Positions 8,777-17,539 of a stretch of 28,763 bases of DNA are shown here, piece after piece (position 1 is the stretch's first letter; each line of letters begins with the position of its first letter). Below the pieces are notes generated by a model, which was not told where the DNA came from, did not search any database, and was given only the letters and a program-made list of their open reading frames with translations. The stretch covers positions 1 to 28,763 of the forward strand of contig JBHLOD010000001.1 in the NCBI GenBank assembly GCA_048940825.1, written 5' to 3'. Source of the stretch: Promethearchaeota archaeon. GTDB lineage: Archaea > Asgardarchaeota > Thorarchaeia > Thorarchaeales > Thorarchaeaceae. Both the position numbers and the translations under genes were made by a program.

Positions 8777-9664
8777 ATGAATGACCCAATGCAAGTCATT
8801 GAAGACACAACTGTTCGTCTTCTAAGAATGGCGGCCACGAAGCTGCCCAAAGATGTTGAGAATGCGTTGCGAGCCGCTCGCGAGATTGAAACCGATGAAA
8901 CAGCCAAGACTCAACTATCTGCAATCATTCAGAACATCGAGATAGCTGAGGAAGGCATTCCAATGTGTCAGGACACAGGAATCATAATCTTCTACGTCAA
9001 GGTTGGCTACGAATTCCCGTTTATGAGTGAGATTAGAGAGGCGCTAGCCAATGCAACTAGGAAAGCCACTGCTGAAGTACCGCTTCGACCAAATGCGGTG
9101 GATCCGATAGTCGGTGGAAACTCCGGGGACAACACAGGTACTAGGATTCCATGGATTAACTGGGAACTTGTGCCGGGGGACACGCTTGAAGTCATAGCGT
9201 TCCCGAAAGGCGGCGGGAGCGAGAACGTGTCAATTGTAGGCATGCTCAAGCCGGGAGTTGGTCTGAAGGGCGTGAAGAAGCTAGTCACAGACAATGCCAT
9301 GAGCTATATGGGAAAAGCATGTTCTCCGAACATAATTGGTGTGGGAATCGGTGGCGGTGCAGACATCGCCATGAAGATCGCAAAACAACAGTTGCTTCGA
9401 CCTATTGGTGACAGACATCCGGTGCCCGAGGTGGCCAAGATTGAGGAGGATCTCATCGCGGCAATCAATGCCACAGGCATAGGTCCAATGGGTCTGGGTG
9501 GCAAGACAACAGTTCTGGATGTGAAGGTCGACTATGCCATGCGTCATCCCGCCAGTCTACCTGTGGGTGTTGCGGTCCAATGTTGGGCTGCACGTCATAG
9601 TAAGGCAATCATATCCAAAGACTTGGAGGTCCGATATGTGACCCATCCAATGGAGGGTGCATAG
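8777..9664 (+). CDS. Class I fumarate hydratase / L-tartrate dehydratase, alpha (Fe-S) subunit
   Basis: 'PMCQDTG', 'VPLRPNAVDP', 'PKGGGSEN', 'AC.P.IIGVGIGG', 'GIGPMGLGG.TT', 'RHPASLPVGV..QCWAAR'. I moved the start from TTG 8735 to ATG 8777 (ATG 8789 is also possible). Confidence 0.92.
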   Translation: MNDPMQVIEDTTVRLLRMAATKLPKDVENALRAAREIETDETAKTQLSAIIQNIEIAEEGIPMCQDTGIIIFYVKVGYEFPFMSEIREALANATRKATAEVPLRPNAVDPIVGGNSGDNTGTRIPWINWELVPGDTLEVIAFPKGGGSENVSIVGMLKPGVGLKGVKKLVTDNAMSYMGKACSPNIIGVGIGGGADIAMKIAKQQLLRPIGDRHPVPEVAKIEEDLIAAINATGIGPMGLGGKTTVLDVKVDYAMRHPASLPVGVAVQCWAARHSKAIISKDLEVRYVTHPMEGA

Positions 9665-9665
9665 A

Positions 9666-10274
9666 ATGGCCGAGTATCATCTTACCACACCAATCTCTGA
9701 AGAAGCTGCCAGGAAGCTGAAGGTCGGAGATGTAGTCTTTGTGAGTGGGGAGCATGTCTATACGGCGCGTGATGAGGCTCATGAGAGAGCCTTGGAGATG
9801 TTCGACAAAGGTGAAACCCCTCCCGTCGATTTTGAAGGAAGTGTTGTCTACCATGTCGGTCCAGTGGCTTGGAAGAAAGATGGTAAGTGGAAGATAGTAT
9901 CGGCTGGGCCCACCACAAGCATCAGAATGGAGATGTTCGAGGACGACTTTCTACGAAAGTACAAGGCGCGGATTGTGATCGGAAAGGGCGGTATGGGCGA
10001 GAAGACTCTAGCGGCTCTAAAGGAGGTCGGGGCTGTCTACTGCAGCTTTACTGGTGGCTGTGGGGCTCTGGCTGCAAAGGGACTCAAAGAGGTTCGCAGC
10101 TACGAATGGCAAGACCTCGGAATGCCTGAAGCGCTATGGGTAATCACGGCCGAGGAATTTGGCCCCTTACTCGTTACAATGGACTCTCATGGCAACAGTC
10201 TTCATGCCGATATGGACAAGCAAGTCGCGGCACGCAAGGCCAGTGTCTATGCTCACATCGGAATCAAAGAGTGA
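9666..10274 (+). CDS. Class I fumarate hydratase / L-tartrate dehydratase, beta subunit
   Basis: 'L..GD.V..SG..YTARD.AH', 'AGPTTS.RM', 'IGKGGMG', 'LGMPEA.W', 'FGPLLV.MDSHGNSL'. ATG at 9666 follows GGAGG and lies 1 nt after the alpha-subunit stop. Confidence 0.92.
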   Translation: MAEYHLTTPISEEAARKLKVGDVVFVSGEHVYTARDEAHERALEMFDKGETPPVDFEGSVVYHVGPVAWKKDGKWKIVSAGPTTSIRMEMFEDDFLRKYKARIVIGKGGMGEKTLAALKEVGAVYCSFTGGCGALAAKGLKEVRSYEWQDLGMPEALWVITAEEFGPLLVTMDSHGNSLHADMDKQVAARKASVYAHIGIKE

Positions 10275-10361
10275 GCTTCAAACCACAATAGTAAGTCTTA
10301 AACGGACCTCCATTGCCCGACCGGTCAGGCTCGGAGAAATCTCTCCATCGGAGGACTGTGG

Positions 10362-12050
10362 TTGAACTACAAGACGATTCTATGTGATGTATTAGTAGTC
10401 GGCGCCGGGGGGGCCGGATGCCGTGCGGCTATCGAGGCATCAAGACACAACCTGGATGTGATCATGCTCAGCAAGGAGCTTCTCGGGAAGGCCCACACGG
10501 CCATGGCTGAAGGAGGATACAACGTATCACTAGGGAATGTCGACCCTGACGACAATCCCGAAACCCACTTCAAGGACACGATCACAGGTGGGAACTTCCT
10601 GAACAACCAGAAGCTTGCCGAGATATTGGTCAGGGATGCCTCAGAGAGAGTCTTCGACTTGGAGGAGTTTGGTGCCGTCTTTGACAGGACTCCTGAGGGC
10701 AAAATCGCTCAGAGACCTTTCGGCAAACAGTCGTGGAGAAGGACTGCCTACGCCTCAGACAGAACCGGATCCGAGATTATGGTCACATTGACAGAAGCAA
10801 TCAGGAAGACCTCTGTACGTGTCTTTGATGAGGTGTTTGCTACCAAGATACTCTTGGAGGGTAATCGAGTCGCTGGCGTAACAGCCATCGATTTGAAATA
10901 TGGGGACTACTTGGTCTTTCGAGCAAAGGCTGTCGTTATGGCAACTGGGGGTGCAGGGCGTGTCTACAAGGTGACAAGTAACGCACAGCTGGATGTTGGC
11001 GACGGCTATGGGATGGCCTTTGCAGCTGGCTGTGAGCTAGTGGACATGGAGATGGTGCAATTCCATCCAACGGGGATGGTCAAACCCGAGTCGGCAAAGG
11101 GACGACTTGTCACCGAAGCCGTTCGTGGTGAAGGTGGAATCCTCCTGAACAGTGAGGGTGAGAGGTTCATGCACAGATATTATCCTGAAGTGATGGAGCT
11201 GGCAGGCCGTGATCAAGTGGCACGATCAATAATGACCGAGGTACTTGAAGGTCGGGGTTCTCCAGACGGCGGAGTGTACCTAAGCATCTCACATCTACCG
11301 AGATCAATCATTGAATTCAGGCTTGAGAGTATGATTGAGCAGTTTGAGGATGCAGGAGTCGATATTCGGGATGAACCAATGCAGGTATCACCTACGTGTC
11401 ACCATTTCATGGGCGGCATCAAAATCAATGAGGAGTCGGGCACGAATATCATAGGCCTCTACGCCGCGGGCGAATGCACTGGCGGAGTTCATGGCGGGAA
11501 TAGACTGGGTGGAAACGCTCTTGCAGACACACAAGTCTTCGGCGCGCTTGCAGGTGAGAACGCCGCGAGATTCGCTAAGAAACACTCGCACACTGGCTTC
11601 GATAGGGACACAGTTGTCAAGGAGTTCGGGAAGCTAGAGTCTATGCTGGAACGAAAGGAGGGAATCTCTCCTGCCGATGCGAGAGCTGAACTTACCGAAC
11701 TGATGTGGGAGAAGGTCCAGATCTTCAGAAAGGAGGAGGACATAGAGTACGCAGTGAAGGAGCTTCGGCGAATCGAGAAAGAGGTTGTTCCCAATATCAA
11801 GGTCGACGTTCAGGTCAAACGATTCAATCCCGGATGGCATCAGGCAATCGAGTTTGAACATATGGTGACCACAGCTAGGATGGTCGCGGAAGCCGCTCTC
11901 AAGAGAAAGGGCAGCAGAGGTGCTCACTACCGTGTTGACGGTGACCCCAATGATAAGGGCTATTACAACATCGTCATCAGGAGGGGCAAGGACGGGGAGA
12001 TGGAGCTACGGAAGGAGGACCTGGTGATAACTTCAATCACACCACCATAA
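10362..12050 (+). CDS. tfrA: Thiol:fumarate reductase flavoprotein subunit A (SdhA/FrdA family)
   Basis: 'GAGGAG' FAD motif, 'AHTAMAEGG', 'QFHPTG', 'EAVRGEGG', 'RDQVAR', 'HHFMGG', 'HGGNRLGGNAL', 'SRGAHYR'. The Tfr subtype is inferred from the partner subunit. Confidence 0.88.
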   Translation: MNYKTILCDVLVVGAGGAGCRAAIEASRHNLDVIMLSKELLGKAHTAMAEGGYNVSLGNVDPDDNPETHFKDTITGGNFLNNQKLAEILVRDASERVFDLEEFGAVFDRTPEGKIAQRPFGKQSWRRTAYASDRTGSEIMVTLTEAIRKTSVRVFDEVFATKILLEGNRVAGVTAIDLKYGDYLVFRAKAVVMATGGAGRVYKVTSNAQLDVGDGYGMAFAAGCELVDMEMVQFHPTGMVKPESAKGRLVTEAVRGEGGILLNSEGERFMHRYYPEVMELAGRDQVARSIMTEVLEGRGSPDGGVYLSISHLPRSIIEFRLESMIEQFEDAGVDIRDEPMQVSPTCHHFMGGIKINEESGTNIIGLYAAGECTGGVHGGNRLGGNALADTQVFGALAGENAARFAKKHSHTGFDRDTVVKEFGKLESMLERKEGISPADARAELTELMWEKVQIFRKEEDIEYAVKELRRIEKEVVPNIKVDVQVKRFNPGWHQAIEFEHMVTTARMVAEAALKRKGSRGAHYRVDGDPNDKGYYNIVIRRGKDGEMELRKEDLVITSITPP

Positions 12051-12061
12051 TGGAGGAGTAG

Positions 12062-13627
12062 ATGATGACAAAGACAATCAAAGCGAAAGTCTTCAGGTAC
12101 AACCCAGACCTTGACAATAAACCATACCTTCAGGATTTCGACATTGAGTATGAGTCTGGCATGACCGTCCTTGATGCTCTCCTTCAGATTCAAGACATGT
12201 ACGATTCAAGCCTAGCCTTCCGATGGGAGTGCAGAGGTGGTCAATGTGGTTCTTGTGCCGTGAAGGTGAACACTATTGCACGGATTGCCTGCCGAACCAA
12301 GGTGAATCCGGATGAGAATCTGCTCCTCGAACCACTAGAGAAGATGCCTGTGATCAAGGACCTTGTAGTTGACATGGCTCAGACCACCTTCCGACTTAGA
12401 CGTATCCGGCCATACGTAGCCCGTGACAAGAAGCCAGAGAGACCCGAGATTATCTATGCCGAAGAGATAGAGAAGGTTAGAGAGATACGCAAATGCATAG
12501 AGTGCAGTGCATGTCTATCAAACTGCCCGATTGTTCATGAAACTTGGGACTATCCAGGACCCATGATCATCCGACAGATAGCACGTCTTGAGCTGGACCC
12601 GCGTGATGTAGAGGACCGTGTGGCTATGGCCATGAATGAGTCGGTCTATAGCTGTACGACCTGCAAGATGTGCGAGGATATCTGTCCAAAGAAGATCAAG
12701 ATTCCGTCTCTTGCAGTCGAGCTTCTCAGGGCGAAAGCTGTTGAGGCAGGCTATCCACTAGCTGAGGGCCAGCAGGGCTTCCTCGATTCCATAAACAAGA
12801 CAGGAAGGGCCGTCCCTGAGAAAGATGCGCCACTGCTCAAGGACATTGAAACAGCAGAATTTCTTGTTGACAACCCACGAGGACGTGTTGCATTCTTCAC
12901 TGGCTGTCTTATCGACTACAGAATGCAGAACACCGGCAGGGCATTGATTGAAGTCCTTAATCGAAACGATATAGATGTGATTGTTCCCAAGGAACAGTGG
13001 TGTTGTGCGAGTCCTGCTTTCAGGACGGGTGACCTTCACACCGCCCACGCGGCGGCAAAACGCGTGACCGAAATCTTCGAAGATGCTGCAGACAAATACA
13101 ATCTTGACACAGTGGTTGTTGCCTGTGCAGGATGTGGGAAGACTCTGCGTGAGGACCACCGACCATTCATTGAAGAAGGGCGTGGTGAACCGCTGAAATA
13201 CGAGGTTTATGACCTCGCTGAGTATATGATTCAAGTGATTGGTAAGGAGAACATAGTTCCACCCAAGGGAGAAATCAAGCTCAAGATTACCTACCACGAA
13301 CCATGTCATCTGGGAAGAGGTCAGCATGTATATGATGAGCCGGTCGAATTACTCAAGATGATTCCAGGAGTGGAATACATCGAGGATCCATACCGAAATC
13401 GATGTTGCGGTGCTGGAGGAGGTGTCCGTGCAGGTCAGCGTGAATTGTCACAGAAGATTGCAAACACAAAGAAGGAGTACATCAAGGCCACAGGTGCGGA
13501 GATGATTACTACCGAGTGCCCTTTCTGTACAATTCAGATAACCGATATCCTCGAGGAAACTGACATTCAGACTCGATACATCCCTGATCTTCTGGCAGAG
13601 TCCTACAGAAAAGGCGATGCGAAATAG
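12062..13627 (+). CDS. tfrB: Thiol:fumarate reductase Fe-S subunit B (Fer2 + 2x[4Fe-4S] + two CCG domains)
   Basis: 'CRGGQCGSC...C' [2Fe-2S]; 'CIECSACLSNCP' and 'CTTCKMCEDICP'; two HdrB/D-type CCG domains (FTGC...CCAS...CAGC and HEPCH...CCGAGGG...CPFC). No membrane-anchor gene is adjacent. Confidence 0.88.
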   Translation: MMTKTIKAKVFRYNPDLDNKPYLQDFDIEYESGMTVLDALLQIQDMYDSSLAFRWECRGGQCGSCAVKVNTIARIACRTKVNPDENLLLEPLEKMPVIKDLVVDMAQTTFRLRRIRPYVARDKKPERPEIIYAEEIEKVREIRKCIECSACLSNCPIVHETWDYPGPMIIRQIARLELDPRDVEDRVAMAMNESVYSCTTCKMCEDICPKKIKIPSLAVELLRAKAVEAGYPLAEGQQGFLDSINKTGRAVPEKDAPLLKDIETAEFLVDNPRGRVAFFTGCLIDYRMQNTGRALIEVLNRNDIDVIVPKEQWCCASPAFRTGDLHTAHAAAKRVTEIFEDAADKYNLDTVVVACAGCGKTLREDHRPFIEEGRGEPLKYEVYDLAEYMIQVIGKENIVPPKGEIKLKITYHEPCHLGRGQHVYDEPVELLKMIPGVEYIEDPYRNRCCGAGGGVRAGQRELSQKIANTKKEYIKATGAEMITTECPFCTIQITDILEETDIQTRYIPDLLAESYRKGDAK

Positions 13628-13636
13628 AGCCCATCA

Positions 13637-14152
13637 TTACGAGACTATGATAGACTCACGACAGACCGAACAGGTTACTGTTTCCCCCCTTACAGCGATA
13701 CGTTCCATTTCAGCTTTACAGTAAGGACACACTTTGATGGTCTTGGGAGGAGGCCCAGTGCCTGTACCGAGAATGAAGTCTCCTCCATCGTGGTCTATTC
13801 TGCCAGAGAGCTCGCGACCATCTAAAAGGTCAGTCAATATACGAGTCACGTTCATTGCGTTGACACCGGAATCTTGGGCAATCCGTTCAATTGAGATACG
13901 ACGTTTTGCCTGAACTACCTTCTTTACTGCAGTAACAGGGTCCGTCATTACGGTTTTGTCAGTTGGTGGAGGTTTGAGAGATTCACGTGCCTCCGAGAGT
14001 CCCGATGGCACACCGCCCGCCTCACGGAGCTTAGACCTCAGCTCTCCTGTCTTCTTGTTGTACTCATCCTCCGAAAGCATGCCACGCATGTAGTCTAGGT
14101 CGACGTCTTTGATGGCCGCTTCAATTCTCTTGATTTCTTCGGGGTCGCTCAT
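13637..14152 (-). CDS. Hypothetical protein: SHOCT-like helix hairpin + PCI-like winged helix + zinc ribbon
   Basis: 'DYMRGMLSEDEYNKKTGEL' (SHOCT-like), 'ISIERIAQDSGV...V.RILTDLL....LSGRIDHDGGDFIL' (PCI winged-helix pattern), 'CPYC...CSVC'. Confidence 0.6.
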   Translation of the reverse strand: MSDPEEIKRIEAAIKDVDLDYMRGMLSEDEYNKKTGELRSKLREAGGVPSGLSEARESLKPPPTDKTVMTDPVTAVKKVVQAKRRISIERIAQDSGVNAMNVTRILTDLLDGRELSGRIDHDGGDFILGTGTGPPPKTIKVCPYCKAEMERIAVRGETVTCSVCRESIIVS

Positions 14153-14234
14153 GAGCCGAAAATCTCCAGCGGTCTAGTGTATCCCCTTCAACAACTCATC
14201 AATATAAGCCGACCTGAGGGAAATACCTGTGACT

Positions 14235-14810
14235 CTAAAGACGTATCCCTTCTGGGAGTTCGTCCAGTAGGAGGCCCTCAGACTCAGCCTTCCTAACAGC
14301 CTTGAGGGCTTTACTTCCTCCTATGTTCTCCAAGGCTCCTGCAACGGTCTGCCTGACAAAGAGGGACTGATCGTGTAGTGCTCCAATCAGTGGGTCAACC
14401 GCAGCCTTGTCTTGTCGCTCACCCAGTTGCACAGCCGCGTAGATGCGAATCATATACCTCGAATCAGCAAGACACTCAATCAAGTGTGAAGTTGCCCTAG
14501 GGTCTTTAGTCTGGCCAAGACGGTCAACGGCGCCAAGTGAGATTTGCTCATCATCACTCTTTATTTCCTGTATGAGCTCATCAATAATCTGGGTATTCCT
14601 TACAGAGGATTCCTTCGTGCTTTTCTTCTTCGAAGACTTCACCTTCTTGGTTGGTGTCTTCTTCTTTGTGGTAGTCTTCTTGGTCTTGCTTGGAGGCTGC
14701 TTCGCCTTAGTCTTCTTAGCTGCCTTCCTTGTACTCTTCCCGACCTTCGCAGTTCCTCTTTTCGCCTTGCTTTTCGTAGTCTTCTTCGGTTTGTCTGATG
14801 TCTTGGACAA
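14235..14810 (-). CDS. HEAT-repeat (PBS-lyase-like) protein with Lys-rich N-terminal tail
   Basis: Likely TTG start at 14810 (MSKTSDKPKK), with GGAG upstream. The first ~66 aa hold 27 Lys, followed by about 3 HEAT-like units ('L.D....IR..AA..LG...D..AV.PLI.AL.D....VR..VA.AL..IG'). Confidence 0.75.
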   Translation of the reverse strand: MSKTSDKPKKTTKSKAKRGTAKVGKSTRKAAKKTKAKQPPSKTKKTTTKKKTPTKKVKSSKKKSTKESSVRNTQIIDELIQEIKSDDEQISLGAVDRLGQTKDPRATSHLIECLADSRYMIRIYAAVQLGERQDKAAVDPLIGALHDQSLFVRQTVAGALENIGGSKALKAVRKAESEGLLLDELPEGIRL

Positions 14811-14947
14811 CACCACATCTCTCCAAGATTGGCGAAAACGGTTGGTCAGCAATCCAACCTGTTCGTATTAATGGTTTTGACTCATCTTGCCGCATCAAAA
14901 ACACCTTAACTCATACTGAAGTAGACCGAATCGAGGAGAACACCGGT

Positions 14948-15337
14948 TTGCACGAGTTTTCAGCAGCATGTGCGATTGTGGACGCAGCACTTCAAGCTGC
15001 TGAAAGCTACAACATCAAGAAGATCACCACCGTCAATATTGAGGTGGGCGAGTTCACATTCCTAGTTCCAGAACAGCTGCAGTTCAATTTCGAGATTGCC
15101 AGCAAGAAGACGTTGGCTGAGGACGCCACACTGAACATCAATCTGGTGAAAGGGAGAATCAAATGTGATGACTGTGGATATGAAGGAGAGGCTCAGGATG
15201 AAGAAGACCTACCACCTGAGGTCGCAGTGTTTGCAACACTGAAGTGTCCCAGCTGTCAGAGTAGTGGAACAACAATAACTGGTGGCAAGGAATTTGTCAT
15301 AAGCAATATTGAGGCTGAAACCGACACCACAAGATAG
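14948..15337 (+). CDS. hypA: Hydrogenase maturation nickel metallochaperone HypA
   Basis: 'MHEFS' N-terminus from a TTG at 14948 after GAGGAG (the track over-extends to 14798), 'V.IEVGEFT...PEQL.F.F', two CxxC (CDDC, CPSC), 'GGKEF.I.NIE'. Confidence 0.93.
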   Translation: MHEFSAACAIVDAALQAAESYNIKKITTVNIEVGEFTFLVPEQLQFNFEIASKKTLAEDATLNINLVKGRIKCDDCGYEGEAQDEEDLPPEVAVFATLKCPSCQSSGTTITGGKEFVISNIEAETDTTR

Positions 15338-15352
15338 CGGGCTGTGTGAGCA

Positions 15353-15730
15353 CTAGATTAGTACGGCGTTGAGAATACCGTCTTGACCGGGCCGGCTTGT
15401 GACCATAGCATTACCCTTGGCCGTCTTGATAATCGTGCCGCGAGTGATGACCTTCCTGCGTTGGTAGTCCATGCTTGCAGGGTTTGTTTCAACATCCTGT
15501 ATCTCGACACGGAATGTCTGGTTCTTCTTCGGGTCTGTCACATTCACCATTGTCACCCGAAGTGCAGGGGCCTTTCTATTGTTGCCCTTGCTGACTATCT
15601 TCTTCCTCTTTGTTTCACCCATAACGGTTTCTGTTGGAGTGCGTCCCAGCTCGTGTTTTCTCTTGCTTCGAAATCGCTTAAGACGAGCTCCACTATCCGT
15701 TCGGGTCGATCTTCTGTGCCAGATACCCAT
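15353..15730 (-). CDS. rps8e: 30S ribosomal protein S8e
   Basis: 'R..SG.R....R.KRKHELGR.P..T', 'N.TDP', 'VE.NPAS.DY.RR.VITRG.II.T..G.A.VTSRPGQDG..NAVL'. Confidence 0.97.
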   Translation of the reverse strand: MGIWHRRSTRTDSGARLKRFRSKRKHELGRTPTETVMGETKRKKIVSKGNNRKAPALRVTMVNVTDPKKNQTFRVEIQDVETNPASMDYQRRKVITRGTIIKTAKGNAMVTSRPGQDGILNAVLI

Positions 15731-15884
15731 TTCTGACTACCTCTTGGTTGAGTCACTGACGCACTCTGCAGAGTGGTTTTAAATCTTGCTTACTGGCGAA
15801 GTTCCTGCAGTCGCCAAGTGCCAACAGTCCTGTTCAAATACGGCTGAGGACGCTAGAATCCTGACCGCGACTGGAGGTTGAAAT

Positions 15885-16898
15885 ATGGCCAGAATCGAGA
15901 GTGCGCATGGTGCCGGTGGAAAGGTTATGCACAGACTACTCCAGGAGATAGTTGTCCCCTCCTTCGGAAGGAGGAAGATAGGATCCATAGGCCTAGATGA
16001 GATGGATGACGGTGCCACATTCCACCACGAACAAAGCAACCTAATCGTATGTACAGATGCCCATACGGTACATCCGCTCTTCTTCCCAGGGGGTAACATC
16101 GGAAGCCTGGCTGCATCCGGTACGGTGAACGACCTCACCGTCATGGGTGCACGACCCGCTGCAATGACGAATACGGTCATTGTAGAGGAGGGGTTTGAGA
16201 TTGACAAACTCCAAACGATTCTGAGGTCTTTGAATGACGTAATCGAGCCGCTGGGAGTTGCCATGATTGCAGGTGACACGAAGGTCATGCCAAGTGGTAC
16301 CCTAGATGAAATGGTAATCTCTACAACTGGAATCGGAGTCATATATGGAGATGGCCCTGTGGCCGATAGCGGAGCCAAGAACGGGGATAGCATTATCGTC
16401 ACAGGACCAATTGGAGACCATGGAACCTCTCTTCTAGCACATCGAGAAGGACTCGATTTCGATACCGCCCTAACAAGTGATGTAGCGCCCTTATGGGAAC
16501 CTATCCGCGACTGTCTTGATGTTGGTGGAATACATGCCATGAAGGATCCAACTCGTGGTGGTACCGCAGTAGCGTTGAACGAGATTGCATCAAAGTCCAA
16601 TGTTGAGATTGAGATTGAAGAGCAGCTGATTCCAGTTCGCCCAGCAGTGAATTCCCTCTCTGAGATTCTAGGTCTTGATCCATTGCACATGAGCTGTGAG
16701 GGGACTGTCGTGATGTCCGTAGACCCCACAAAGACAGATGATATTCTTAAGGCACTTCAAAGGCACGCGCCAACTGAGGACAGTAAGGTGATTGGCAGGG
16801 CGTCAGAAGGCAATCCAAGAGTCACCATGCGGACTGAGATAGGTGGAAGGAAGATGGTCCAAGTCCCATACGGCGAGCCGGTACCAAGGGTATGCTAG
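15885..16898 (+). CDS. hypE: Hydrogenase expression/formation protein HypE
   Basis: 'I..AHGAGGK.M', 'DDGA', 'TDAHTV.PLFFPGG.IG.LA..GTVNDL', 'GDTKV', 'GDHG', 'AMKDPTRGG', 'LDPL...CEG', and the hallmark C-terminal 'PRVC'. Confidence 0.96.
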   Translation: MARIESAHGAGGKVMHRLLQEIVVPSFGRRKIGSIGLDEMDDGATFHHEQSNLIVCTDAHTVHPLFFPGGNIGSLAASGTVNDLTVMGARPAAMTNTVIVEEGFEIDKLQTILRSLNDVIEPLGVAMIAGDTKVMPSGTLDEMVISTTGIGVIYGDGPVADSGAKNGDSIIVTGPIGDHGTSLLAHREGLDFDTALTSDVAPLWEPIRDCLDVGGIHAMKDPTRGGTAVALNEIASKSNVEIEIEEQLIPVRPAVNSLSEILGLDPLHMSCEGTVVMSVDPTKTDDILKALQRHAPTEDSKVIGRASEGNPRVTMRTEIGGRKMVQVPYGEPVPRVC

Positions 16899-16987
16899 AC
16901 TTCCTGTGAGCATAGGCTACCAATGCTTTGTCGATTATAGGGGATGGTCCGAAACGCGCTATGCATCTGAAAACCGCCATGACCATG

Positions 16988-17539
16988 TCATGAGGTCTTC
17001 GATTCCAGTTCCGACTGCTCTTCAAGAATTCTCTTCATCTTGAAACGAAGCTGAGCCTTTAGCTTCACCCTGTCGTGGTCCAAACCAAAATAGTCCGCGA
17101 AGAGGCCGGTTGTCTTCAGCAGCTTGGTGCGACCCTCAGGAATTGCCTCTACGAATTTCTTCTCCACAAGTTCCTTGATGTGATCGTAACAATGGGTTCC
17201 CCTGTCCGCAACAAGATCTGACTGCAGAATTGGTTGCTTGAGAGCCACATAGACCAGGGTCTGAAGAGTTGCGAATGATAATAGTCCCCCTGGAATCAGT
17301 TTGGCAACCTTTGGGGTGAGCTCTGGCTTGAGCTGCAACACAAATCTCTCCCTAGGAAGCTCAACGACCTCCAGGGCTCCTTTTCGCTTATTGTAATGGT
17401 GACCAAGCTCCTCAAGCAGCCGCCTTGTAGTAGACTCGGCCTTGTCAATAATGCCCGCGAGTTCTTCTATCGAGATTGGCCTACCTACCACATACAGAGC
17501 AGCTTCGAGTTTGACCAAGTCCTCATCCACAGGCATCAC
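16988..17539 (-). CDS. scpB: SMC-Scp complex subunit ScpB (kite)
   Basis: 'LEAALYV.G.PIS..EL', 'LS.A.LQTL...A.KQPI....L...RG', '.L...KFV', 'L..TT..F..YFGL'. The true start may be 17536 (ATG) or 17530 (GTG). Confidence 0.92.
   Translation of the reverse strand: MMPVDEDLVKLEAALYVVGRPISIEELAGIIDKAESTTRRLLEELGHHYNKRKGALEVVELPRERFVLQLKPELTPKVAKLIPGGLLSFATLQTLVYVALKQPILQSDLVADRGTHCYDHIKELVEKKFVEAIPEGRTKLLKTTGLFADYFGLDHDRVKLKAQLRFKMKRILEEQSELESKTS

Noticed and set aside
14798-14947. 50-aa N-terminal extension of HypA in the ORF track
   Set aside because: HypA needs the N-terminal MHE for Ni binding, and the SD sits before TTG 14948. The extension overlaps the divergent HEAT gene and promoter region.
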